Positions 39,648 to 47,234 of a stretch of DNA of 64,000 bases are shown here, one piece after another. The notes beneath the pieces were generated by a model that was not told the origin of the DNA, searched no databases, and worked only from the letters and a program-made list of their open reading frames with translations. The DNA is from an uncultured Rikenellaceae bacterium. Its GTDB lineage: Bacteria; Bacteroidota; Bacteroidia; Bacteroidales; VadinHA17. Position 1 is the first letter of the stretch, and every line of letters begins with the position of its first letter. The position numbers and the translations under genes are program-made. The DNA lies in the NCBI GenBank assembly GCA_964638545.1, contig CAZXAM010000003.1, forward strand, positions 11,429 to 75,428, read 5' to 3'.

Positions 39648-39747
39648 CCCCCGGCGCTTCGCGCCACCCCCTGAAGGGGGTCTAAAACCCTTATAATAAG
39701 TATATCAGCTATCAGCATTTAGCCCCCCTTCAGGGGGGTTGGGGGGG
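39648..39747. repeat. 100-bp inverted-repeat element made of G/C-tract hairpins around an AT-rich core
   Basis: Hairpins are GGCGC-ttc-GCGCC (39653-65), CCCCC-tgaa-GGGGG (39667-80) and CCCCCC-ttca-GGGGGG (39723-38). The outer C-run 39648-52 faces the G-run 39741-47. The arms CCCCCTGAAGGGGG(T/G)CTAAA are reverse complements of each other. Confidence 0.6.
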
Positions 39748-39751
39748 TCAA

Positions 39752-40651
39752 CTAATAGATCCTTGCGGGATAAACTCCCTTTCTGATCATCTTTTTAAGG
39801 CTCTCCACAACAAAGGGCTTATCTTCACGGTAGGTGACACCAAACCATCTTTCGTTGCTCATCAGGATTTTAATCCGGATGCTGCCGTTTTTGACGAATT
39901 TATCAAGTGAGGTAGGTATGTCAAGCTCTGATTTGAGATCCATTCCCTTCTCGTTGATGAAATTGCGAAACTCTTCAGCAAGATAAGCAAAACAAGAGGG
40001 TTTGAACCCGAACAGGTTCATTGAAACAATTTCATTGCCGGTAAATTCCTGGAAAGCCCCATCAGATACTGGAGCTTTGGCACCTTTGCTGGTTTTCTCT
40101 ATCTGACGTGTTTCGACTATGTGCGACAATAATCCATCAGGTGTTACTTTGCAGACTCCCCGGTTCACATGTCCATGATCAGAGAGTGTATTCCCCAGCT
40201 TATACCCGATAATGGCATATGAATCAGGATCTTCATCGTTAACAAGAAAATCATGAAGTATTTTATACGACTCAACACCATAGTAATCATCAGCATTTAT
40301 AACACCAAACGGCTCTTTTATCTTGTCCTTAGTTACAAGTATGGCATGACTTGTACCCCAGGGTTTTGCCCTGTCGGGAGCTACCTTCACACCTTCCGGG
40401 AGGTTTGTGATCTCCTGGAAGACATAATCCACTTCAATCCTGTTGCGCAGCTTCTCAACAAAACGTTCCTTAACCTGCTCCTCGATATCACGTCTGATCA
40501 CAAAGACTATCTTACCGAATCCGGCGCGGATTGCATCGTATATTGAATAATCAATTATTGTTTCACCCGAGGGTCCAACCTCGTCAAGCTGCTTATTGCC
40601 GCCATAACGTGTTCCCATTCCTGCTGCCAGAACTAAAAGTGTAGGTTTCAT
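39752..40651 (-). CDS. Sugar-phosphate nucleotidyltransferase-family protein
   Basis: LVLAAGMGTRYGGNKQ is the NTP-transferase G-loop. 299 aa. Confidence 0.8.
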   Translation of the reverse strand: MKPTLLVLAAGMGTRYGGNKQLDEVGPSGETIIDYSIYDAIRAGFGKIVFVIRRDIEEQVKERFVEKLRNRIEVDYVFQEITNLPEGVKVAPDRAKPWGTSHAILVTKDKIKEPFGVINADDYYGVESYKILHDFLVNDEDPDSYAIIGYKLGNTLSDHGHVNRGVCKVTPDGLLSHIVETRQIEKTSKGAKAPVSDGAFQEFTGNEIVSMNLFGFKPSCFAYLAEEFRNFINEKGMDLKSELDIPTSLDKFVKNGSIRIKILMSNERWFGVTYREDKPFVVESLKKMIRKGVYPARIY

Positions 40652-40744
40652 ATTATAAAGGTTTTGAATTGCACAATTATACGGAAAAATCTGTTATTTT
40701 TAAGATTTGCAGATGACTATATGATATTGATTTCTATATTGCCT

Positions 40745-40835
40745 GAAAATCAATTTCTTGCCCCTGCCCTGAAGGGAGGAAATTGATTTTCTTCGCACCC
40801 TTTAGGGACGGGGCAGACGAAGAAAATCAAATTTT
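40745..40835. promoter_or_regulatory. Triple-copy element able to form mutually exclusive hairpins immediately upstream of cutC
   Basis: GAAAATCAATTTC (40745-57) and GAAAATCAAATTT (40822-34) are both complementary to GAAATTGATTTTC(TTCG) at 40779-95. The two loops (GCCCCTGCCCTGAAGGGAG / CACCCTTTAGGGACGGGGCAG) are themselves near reverse complements. Confidence 0.5.
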
Positions 40836-40841
40836 TTGACC

Positions 40842-41588
40842 ATGAAATTCAAGCTTGAAATTTGTGTGGACAGCATCGAATCGGCACTCACTGCGCAGAA
40901 TGCAGGAGCCGATAGAATTGAGTTGTGCAACAACTTGTATGAAGGTGGCACTACACCTTCATCAGGAATGATAAGTTTGGTCAGGGAAAGCCTTTCGATA
41001 GGCTTGCATGTCATAATACGTCCCAGGGGCGGGGACTTTCTTTACAACGATCCTGAATTCGATATAATGAGAAGGGATATTGAAATGTGCGGTAAAGAAG
41101 GAGTTGACGGAGTGGTTCTAGGTATCCTGAAATCCGATGGTTCGATCGATACGGAAAGGACTTCAAAGCTGGTACAGCTTGCCCATCCGATGAATGTGAC
41201 TTTTCACCGGGCTTTTGATCTTTGCAGCGATCCATTCAAAGGGTTGCAGGATGTGATTGAAACCGGCGCCTCAAGAATTCTTACCTCAGGTCAGAAAAAC
41301 AATGCAGAAGAAGGAACTGATCTGATAAAAGAACTGGTCAGGAAGGCTGGCTCAAGGGTGATTATAATGCCGGGAAGCGGGATAAATGAATTAAACATAG
41401 GTGAGATTGCAAAACGAACAGAAGCTTTCGAATTTCACCTTTCCGGACGCAAAACTGTCGACAGCGGGATGACATTCAGAAGAGAGATCATAAATATGGG
41501 ATCAATCCCTGGCGTACCGGAATATACCAGAAAAGTCGCTGACGCTGAAAAGATCAAAAAAATAATCAGAATCCTCAAAATGATCTGA
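40842..41588 (+). CDS. cutC: Copper homeostasis protein CutC
   Basis: MKFKLEICVDSIESALTAQNAGADRIELC, HRAFD and LTSG motifs are present. Start set at ATG 40842, because track start 40836 is TTG. Confidence 0.9.
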   Translation: MKFKLEICVDSIESALTAQNAGADRIELCNNLYEGGTTPSSGMISLVRESLSIGLHVIIRPRGGDFLYNDPEFDIMRRDIEMCGKEGVDGVVLGILKSDGSIDTERTSKLVQLAHPMNVTFHRAFDLCSDPFKGLQDVIETGASRILTSGQKNNAEEGTDLIKELVRKAGSRVIIMPGSGINELNIGEIAKRTEAFEFHLSGRKTVDSGMTFRREIINMGSIPGVPEYTRKVADAEKIKKIIRILKMI

Positions 41589-41633
41589 AGCATTTTGAAA
41601 TCAGTGCCGGATTTTTACCTTTGTCGGGAGGAA

Positions 41634-41663
41634 GGCGCCAGGCATCTGGCGTCAGGCGTCAGG
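41634..41663. repeat. Tandem heptamer array (GGCGTCA-type, about 4 units)
   Basis: GGCGCCA GGCATCT GGCGTCA GGCGTCA GG, followed by A8. It also contains the hairpin CGCCAG-gcat-CTGGCG. Confidence 0.6.
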
Positions 41664-41705
41664 AAAAAAAACATTCGTTTTATAAATTATTATTCAGGAA
41701 TTATT

Positions 41706-43439
41706 ATGAAGAAATTAGCAGCAATACTATTGACAATTCTGTTGTCAGGTTTCATGTCCATTGAGACATCAATGGCATGCACAAATTTTCTTGTTACAAA
41801 GGGAGCATCCAAAACAGGGTCTGTGATGATCACCTATTCGGCTGATTCTCATGTTCTCTATGGCGAACTTTATTACTGGCCTTCGAGGGACTACCCTGAA
41901 GGTGCATTGCTGGATGTTTATGAATGGGATACCGGGAAATACCTGGGCAAGATCAAACAGGTGCCTCATACCTATTCAGTCGTTGGAAACATGAATGAGC
42001 ACCAGCTGTCCATTGGTGAGACCACCTACGGAGGCCTTGAGGAACTCTCCGGGCCTGCCGGTATAATTGATTACGGGAGTCTCATTTATATAACCCTTCA
42101 GCGGGCAAAAACTGCAAGGGAAGCGATTAAGGTCATTTCGGAATTACTTACAGAATACGGATACGCAAGTTCCGGCGAATCATTTTCGATTGCAGATCCT
42201 AATGAAGCCTGGATATTTGAAATGATAGGCAAAGGTAAAGGCAACAAAGGAGCTGTCTGGGTAGCCCGGCTAATCCCCGACGGATATATTTGCGGCCATG
42301 CCAACCAGGCTAGGATCCAGACCTTTCCGCTGGCTACAGGCAAGAAAACCAGCAATGCAATAACGTCTAAAGACCTGAGAAGGATATTTGATCCGGCTGT
42401 CGAATGCGTCTATTCAGCTGATGTTATTGAATTTGCAAGAACACTTAAAGAGAAACCTTTTACAGGTCCCGACCAGCAATTCAGCTTTTCAGATACATTT
42501 AATCCGATAACATTCTCAGGGGCAAGGGCTTGTGAGGTCAGGGTATGGTCATTTTTCAGGGCTGTGAATAATGAGATGGAGCAATATACGAACTATGCAG
42601 CCGGCCATGACCTTACCAAAAGGATGCCGCTGTGGGTGAAGCCTAACCGTAAGATATCAAACTACGACCTTATGAACTTCATGCGCGATCACCTTGAAGG
42701 TACAATATTCGACATGAGAAAAGATATCGGAGCAGGACCATTTGCATCACCTTACCGCTGGCGCCCGATGACCTGGCAGGTAACAGGAGATCCGAATTCA
42801 TACGTCAATGAGAGGGCAACCGCGACACAGCAGACCGGTTTTGTATTCGTTGCCGAATCGCGAAGCTGGCTTCCTGATCCGATAGGCGGAATTCTCTGGT
42901 TTGGGGTGGATGATGCCAGCACAACGGTATTCAACCCCATGTACTGCGGAATCACTGAAATTCCTGAATGTTTCAGGGTAGGCAACGGCGACATGGTAAC
43001 CTACTCTCCCACTTCCGCATTCTGGCTTTTCAACCAGGTTGCAAACCAATGCTACTCCCGTTACGACATGATGAGCGCTGACGCTATCAAACTGCAGAAG
43101 GAGCTTGAAACAAAATACATCACTGAAACTGCCGAAAAAACAGACAAGGAAGCGCTTAAGCTGTACGAGAATGATGTCTGGAAGGCAAGAGATTACCTGA
43201 CAGATTATTCCGTGAATGCGGCACAGAGCACATTCAAACAGTGGAAGAAGCTTAGCGAATACCTCCTTGTTAAATATATTGACGGGAACATCAAAAATGA
43301 GAAGAACGGCAAATTTGAAACCACAGAGGACGGATATCCTGCATTTCCAAAACAGCCAGGGTACGATGACAAGTGGAAGAAGTCAGTAATACAGGATAAC
43401 GGGAAGATACTGCTGGCACCGGCAGGGTCAGGGCACTAA
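41706..43439 (+). CDS. C69-family dipeptidase (secreted)
   Basis: Start set at ATG 41706 (MKKLAAILLTILLSGFMSIETSMA/CTNFLVTKGASKTGS). The catalytic Cys directly follows the signal peptide, as in peptidase C69. Confidence 0.9.
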   Translation: MKKLAAILLTILLSGFMSIETSMACTNFLVTKGASKTGSVMITYSADSHVLYGELYYWPSRDYPEGALLDVYEWDTGKYLGKIKQVPHTYSVVGNMNEHQLSIGETTYGGLEELSGPAGIIDYGSLIYITLQRAKTAREAIKVISELLTEYGYASSGESFSIADPNEAWIFEMIGKGKGNKGAVWVARLIPDGYICGHANQARIQTFPLATGKKTSNAITSKDLRRIFDPAVECVYSADVIEFARTLKEKPFTGPDQQFSFSDTFNPITFSGARACEVRVWSFFRAVNNEMEQYTNYAAGHDLTKRMPLWVKPNRKISNYDLMNFMRDHLEGTIFDMRKDIGAGPFASPYRWRPMTWQVTGDPNSYVNERATATQQTGFVFVAESRSWLPDPIGGILWFGVDDASTTVFNPMYCGITEIPECFRVGNGDMVTYSPTSAFWLFNQVANQCYSRYDMMSADAIKLQKELETKYITETAEKTDKEALKLYENDVWKARDYLTDYSVNAAQSTFKQWKKLSEYLLVKYIDGNIKNEKNGKFETTEDGYPAFPKQPGYDDKWKKSVIQDNGKILLAPAGSGH

Positions 43440-43442
43440 GAC

Positions 43443-43535
43443 GGTACATGGTACATGGTACATGGTACAAGGTGCAAGGCATATAGCTTAAATTTCTTAA
43501 CCGTGTACCGTGAACCGTATACCTTATACCATCTG
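43443..43535. repeat. Two opposed heptamer arrays forming a long imperfect hairpin
   Basis: GGTACAT x3, GGTACAA, GGTGCAA, GGCATAT (43443-84), then a 16-nt spacer, then CCGTGTA CCGTGAA CCGTATA CCTTATA CCATCTG (43501-35). The second array is the approximate reverse complement of the first. Confidence 0.65.
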
Positions 43536-43598
43536 TATAATTTATCAGGTAGATCCAAACATTTTCTTTCATATTAATTCATTATTAAAATTTTGTTT

Positions 43599-43606
43599 TA
43601 TCTTTG
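43599..43606 (+). promoter_or_regulatory. Candidate -7 promoter element (TAnnTTTG) for rplS
   Basis: TATCTTTG lies 50 nt upstream of ATG 43656. Confidence 0.3.
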
Positions 43607-43655
43607 CGTCCGATTTTGAAGGGATAAGATTTTTGAATACAAAATATTACGGAAG

Positions 43656-44003
43656 ATGAACTTAATGAATGTTGTAGAGAAGGAACTTGGGGTAAAAACT
43701 GAATTCCCGAAGTTCATAGCAGGAGATACGGTTACTGTCCATTATAAAATCATTGAAGGCAACAAGGAGCGAGTACAGCAGTTCCGCGGAGTTGTAATCC
43801 AGAGAGCCGGTACAGGACATACGGAAACTTTCACTGTCAGGAAAATGTCAGGTAACGTCGGAGTTGAAAGGATATTCCCCATCAGTTCACCCTTTATCAA
43901 CCAGATTGAAGTCAACAAACATGGTAAAGTGAGAAGGGCAAGAATATATTACATCCGCGATCTCACGGGCAAGAAAGCCCGCATAAAAGAAAAGAAATTC
44001 TAA
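43656..44003 (+). CDS. rplS: 50S ribosomal protein L19
   Basis: 115 aa. [29 protein letters not shown]...[11 protein letters not shown]...[10 protein letters not shown] is the L19 signature. Confidence 0.95.
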   Translation: MNLMNVVEKELGVKTEFPKFIAGDTVTVHYKIIEGNKERVQQFRGVVIQRAGTGHTETFTVRKMSGNVGVERIFPISSPFINQIEVNKHGKVRRARIYYIRDLTGKKARIKEKKF

Positions 44004-44035
44004 AAAAAAAGCCATCGGGAAGATGGCTTTTTTTT
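44004..44035 (+). terminator. Intrinsic terminator of rplS
   Basis: A8-GCCATC-gggaa-GATGGC-T8, directly after the stop codon. Confidence 0.85.
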
Positions 44036-44075
44036 ATCATGCAATCATGCCATCATGCAATCGTGCAATCCTGAA
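44036..44075. repeat. Tandem octamer array (ATCATGCA-type, 5 units)
   Basis: ATCATGCA ATCATGCC ATCATGCA ATCGTGCA ATCCTGAA. It is the reverse complement of the GATTGCAC array at 58509-58535. Confidence 0.7.
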
Positions 44076-44076
44076 T

Positions 44077-46884
44077 TCAGATTTTATCGATCAGTTCCTG
44101 TTTCTTAACTTTTGCTTCTTCTATTATGTTATTTGCCCTTTTATCGGCTTCGGTTGTAAGCTGGGTTGCTCTTTTATCTGCTTCCTGTTTAAGCCTGTCG
44201 GCGGCTTTCTGGGCCGCAAGCTTTGCTACAGCTCCTTTTGATGCTGCTTCATTCACAAGATTCTGACTCTGCAGATTGGCCTCCTTCCTTATTTTCTCAG
44301 CGGCATCGGCGGCTTCATTGCGCAACTTCTGAGCAGTTGCTTCAGCCTCCTGAATCAGCTTGTCGCCTTGTGCCTCTGCCTCTTTCCTTGCCTTTTCCTT
44401 GCCTTCATCAATAGCATTTCCAACAGTCTGCTTTACGGTTTCCTTTACACCGGCAGATGTCCCGCTCTGCGAAGCGTCACCAAATACCGGTGTCACAACC
44501 GGCTTTCCGAAGACCCCTGTCAGCCTAACATTTACCTTCATAATATCGGCAGGTTTATAAGAAATCCCGACTGAGGAGGCCAGTGCCGACAGATTGTCGA
44601 CCATTGTATTTACCGAACTGCCAAGCTCCGACCGGGGGAATTCAGTTTTAATGAGATAATTCATAGTCTGGTCAAGGCCCTGGTCGCCGCTGATATTCAA
44701 CTTAATATTCCCCACCCTGGTATCAAAAGGACTGACATAGACCCGACCTTCACTGAGTTTAAAGCTCACATTAAGGTCCCTGAAGATATTGGAGTATTTT
44801 TCATTAAGCTTAAGAAGCTCTTTCATCTTATCGTAGGCTGCCGATTTGAGCAGTGTAATTTCTTCGGACTGAAGTTTCCCTCCTCCGGTAATTGTGGCGA
44901 TAAGGGGCATCATGTTTGATCCGAGGAGGCTCTGGTATGAAAGTTTAACATTCATTTTCCCGTCAACTCCTGCTGCGGCAGGTGCAAGCTTCTGGATTGT
45001 ATTGAATGTATTGAACGCATCTTTTACTCCTATGTTTTGAATTGCCAGATCTGCCTTCATCATCGGTTTAAGTGTATCACGGGTATCATAATCGGCATCC
45101 AGGGTAATGAGTCCGCCCAGGATGTAAAGTCCTGTCTCCCTGAAGCTCAGTACGCCATTCCTTACAATAATATGTCCCTTTACATTCTCTGCCCTGATCT
45201 TATCATAAGAGAACTTCTTTATATTCGCATTGAAATCAAAATCAATGTTTTCCGGCACTTTAATAACTGCCAGAGAAGTTGTATCCTCCGTCTCGGTAGA
45301 ATCAGATGCAATTTTTGAAAGGATCTCCGAAATATCGACAAAATCAGATCTCATCGCAAGATTCCCCTTTATTGTCTCATCCTTAAGCAGGTAAGGAAGA
45401 TAGTTTTCCAGTTTGCCTGAAAGGTGGAAGTCGCTTTTACCCCCGATATTAAGATCGGCATTTGTAAGAGAGGCGTATGCCGGAGAGAATTCCAGGCCGG
45501 CATCGTTGATCCTGATTTCAGGGTAGCCTGTCATCGCTACAAGCATGTTCTGAAATCCCATTTTCCCTGAAGCCTGGAATTTGTCGTATTGTTCCTTTTC
45601 GAGCATGGAGAGCCGTCCTGCCATTTTTACAGACATATCCACTATTCCTGAAAGGCTGATACTGTCGAGTGGAATTGCTTTTGTCAGAGCGTCAAGATCT
45701 ATCTTTCCGGTCAGTGAAGCTTTAATATCGGGATCACTGACAGGATTTCTGAGAGAAAATGTCATGTCGAAAGGATTTCCGGCCAGCTGAAAATGGAAGA
45801 GATCAGCATTTGCAGTCGTACCGTCCATATCGGTGCCGTCAACAAAAGCTTTCATATTAATATTGATATCCTTAATCTTTTCGGGCAGATCAGGATAGCT
45901 GATAAGTCCGTTGTTGACAACAAGATCCAGTGAGATATCAGGCAGGGTGGTGTCGGCATCGCTGTAGACCCCTTTGGCTGTACCGTTAAGAGTAAAATCG
46001 CCCGTAGCGGTAAGATCTTTGAAATCTTCCATATATAATGCAGGGATCAGAGAAAGCAATGTTTTAAATGATGTCTTATCCGTCCCGAATTTAAGGTCGG
46101 TCTCGATATCATCACCGGGCATGGCGACCATCCCGGAAAATTTCAGAATCAGATCGTTTATTGACAGGTAATTTTCTCCGAAAGTAAATTTGTAATTCTC
46201 AAGATCAGCCAGGAGATTAATTTCAGCATCTGCCAGAGCTTTACTCAGATATGCTACATCTTCCATAACCACTGATAACTCTCCGATCTTCAGATAAATC
46301 AGAAGATCGGTCCGGCTGGCAACCATATCGCCCGTAAGGTTGAGATTAAGATTACCCAGTTTCGCAAAAAGGTCTGAGCTTTCGTCGGTATATGTGACAT
46401 TTGAATTCAGCAGGGCAACCTTTTTCAGTTTCATCCTGAATGTTGAAGTATCTGATTCTTCAACAGTTTCGGTCGTATCTTTGGCAATATCCCAGTTTGC
46501 AGTTCCATCTTTAAGGATTATTGCATTTATAACTGCATTGTCGATAATCAGTGATCTGACCTCATACCCGGACTTTTTGAATAAGCTGGGCAGGTTTAAC
46601 ACAAGGTCGAAAGATTTACATCCAGCCAGAGTATCACCCTGGAACTTATCCACTCCTACCACCGATACATCATTGAGTGAAAATGAAAGGTTGGGGAAGT
46701 TACGGAAGAAGCCTATTTTATAATCATCAAACTTTACCTGGGCATTAACGGATTCGTTGATGACCTTTTCGACCTTAGTCTTGAGCTTCTCCTTGAAAAT
46801 CACGGGGATTGTAAAAAGCAGTAGGAGGATGAGAAGTATCAGTCCTCCAAGTATTTTAAGTATCCAGCCGGTCGTTTTTTTCAT
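44077..46884 (-). CDS. AsmA-family protein with charged coiled-coil C-terminal extension
   Basis: 935 aa with an N-terminal TM anchor (WILKILGGLILLILLLLF) and a long beta-rich AsmA-like body. The last ~110 aa are K/E/A-rich (KEAEAQGDKLIQEAEATAQKLRNEAADAAEKIRKEA...). Confidence 0.8.
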   Translation of the reverse strand: MKKTTGWILKILGGLILLILLLLFTIPVIFKEKLKTKVEKVINESVNAQVKFDDYKIGFFRNFPNLSFSLNDVSVVGVDKFQGDTLAGCKSFDLVLNLPSLFKKSGYEVRSLIIDNAVINAIILKDGTANWDIAKDTTETVEESDTSTFRMKLKKVALLNSNVTYTDESSDLFAKLGNLNLNLTGDMVASRTDLLIYLKIGELSVVMEDVAYLSKALADAEINLLADLENYKFTFGENYLSINDLILKFSGMVAMPGDDIETDLKFGTDKTSFKTLLSLIPALYMEDFKDLTATGDFTLNGTAKGVYSDADTTLPDISLDLVVNNGLISYPDLPEKIKDININMKAFVDGTDMDGTTANADLFHFQLAGNPFDMTFSLRNPVSDPDIKASLTGKIDLDALTKAIPLDSISLSGIVDMSVKMAGRLSMLEKEQYDKFQASGKMGFQNMLVAMTGYPEIRINDAGLEFSPAYASLTNADLNIGGKSDFHLSGKLENYLPYLLKDETIKGNLAMRSDFVDISEILSKIASDSTETEDTTSLAVIKVPENIDFDFNANIKKFSYDKIRAENVKGHIIVRNGVLSFRETGLYILGGLITLDADYDTRDTLKPMMKADLAIQNIGVKDAFNTFNTIQKLAPAAAGVDGKMNVKLSYQSLLGSNMMPLIATITGGGKLQSEEITLLKSAAYDKMKELLKLNEKYSNIFRDLNVSFKLSEGRVYVSPFDTRVGNIKLNISGDQGLDQTMNYLIKTEFPRSELGSSVNTMVDNLSALASSVGISYKPADIMKVNVRLTGVFGKPVVTPVFGDASQSGTSAGVKETVKQTVGNAIDEGKEKARKEAEAQGDKLIQEAEATAQKLRNEAADAAEKIRKEANLQSQNLVNEAASKGAVAKLAAQKAADRLKQEADKRATQLTTEADKRANNIIEEAKVKKQELIDKI

Positions 46885-46986
46885 AACAGGAATGTTTTAC
46901 ATTTTGCAGTATAAACGGTTTTTAAAATTAGATAATATTCCGGAGATAGAAAAAGAAGTCTTCTTTGTGACCAGTGGTCTATCGGT

Positions 46987-47035
46987 GAGATTCCTCATTC
47001 CTCCGCCAGCTGGCGGATTCATTCGAAATGACAAT
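46987..47035. repeat. Dispersed-repeat family member (GATTC...AATGAC type) with central perfect 16-nt palindrome
   Basis: GAGATTCCTCATTCC-TCCGCCAGCTGGCGGA-TTCATTCGAAATGACAAT, with the palindrome at 47002-47017. The ends resemble the copies at 48662-86 and 56059-90. Confidence 0.55.
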
Positions 47036-47139
47036 GTTGTTTTTTGATCGGGGGGCAGAGGCGGGACTTAATTTAAACATAGATTCTTTTTGATGATACA
47101 GGGAGGTCTTCCCAAATAATGAACAGTTAAAATATTTAT

Positions 47140-47147
47140 TATATTTG
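47140..47147 (+). promoter_or_regulatory. Candidate -7 promoter element (TAnnTTTG) for tRNA-Arg
   Basis: TATATTTG ends 11 nt before the first tRNA nucleotide, a spacing compatible with a short 5' leader. Confidence 0.4.
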
Positions 47148-47158
47148 CAACCGAATTG

Positions 47159-47232
47159 GGTCCCGTAGCTTAACTGAATAGAGCATCTGACTACGGATCA
47201 GAAGGTTGGGGGTTTGAATCCCTTCGGGATCA
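47159..47232 (+). tRNA. tRNA-Arg (anticodon ACG)
   Basis: Manual cloverleaf. The acceptor GGTCCCG/CGGGATC has 6 Watson-Crick pairs plus 1 GU. The D arm is GCTT-aactgaata-GAGC. The anticodon arm is TCTGA-cTACGga-TCAGA, with ACG at 47193-95. The variable loop is AGGTT, the T arm is GGGGG-tttgaat-CCCTT and the discriminator is A. CCA is not encoded. Confidence 0.9.
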
Positions 47233-47234
47233 CT

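Noticed and set aside
41595-41705. Upstream TTG-initiated extensions of several track ORFs (41595, 37865, 40836, 19135, 20058, 35254, 48603, 49006, 10736, 51387)
   Set aside because: Each extension starts at a non-ATG codon, and several cross repeats or divergent genes. Each is followed by an in-frame ATG that begins a signal peptide or the conserved family N-terminus.
43291-43572. Track ORFs lying over repeat elements: 43291..43572(-), 58337..58741(-), 47198..47428(-), 46757..47047(+), 44023..44241(+)
   Set aside because: All are read-throughs of tandem repeats, hairpins or the antisense of real genes. They have low-complexity translations (for example HVPCTMYHVPCTMY) and overlap well-supported CDS or the tRNA.
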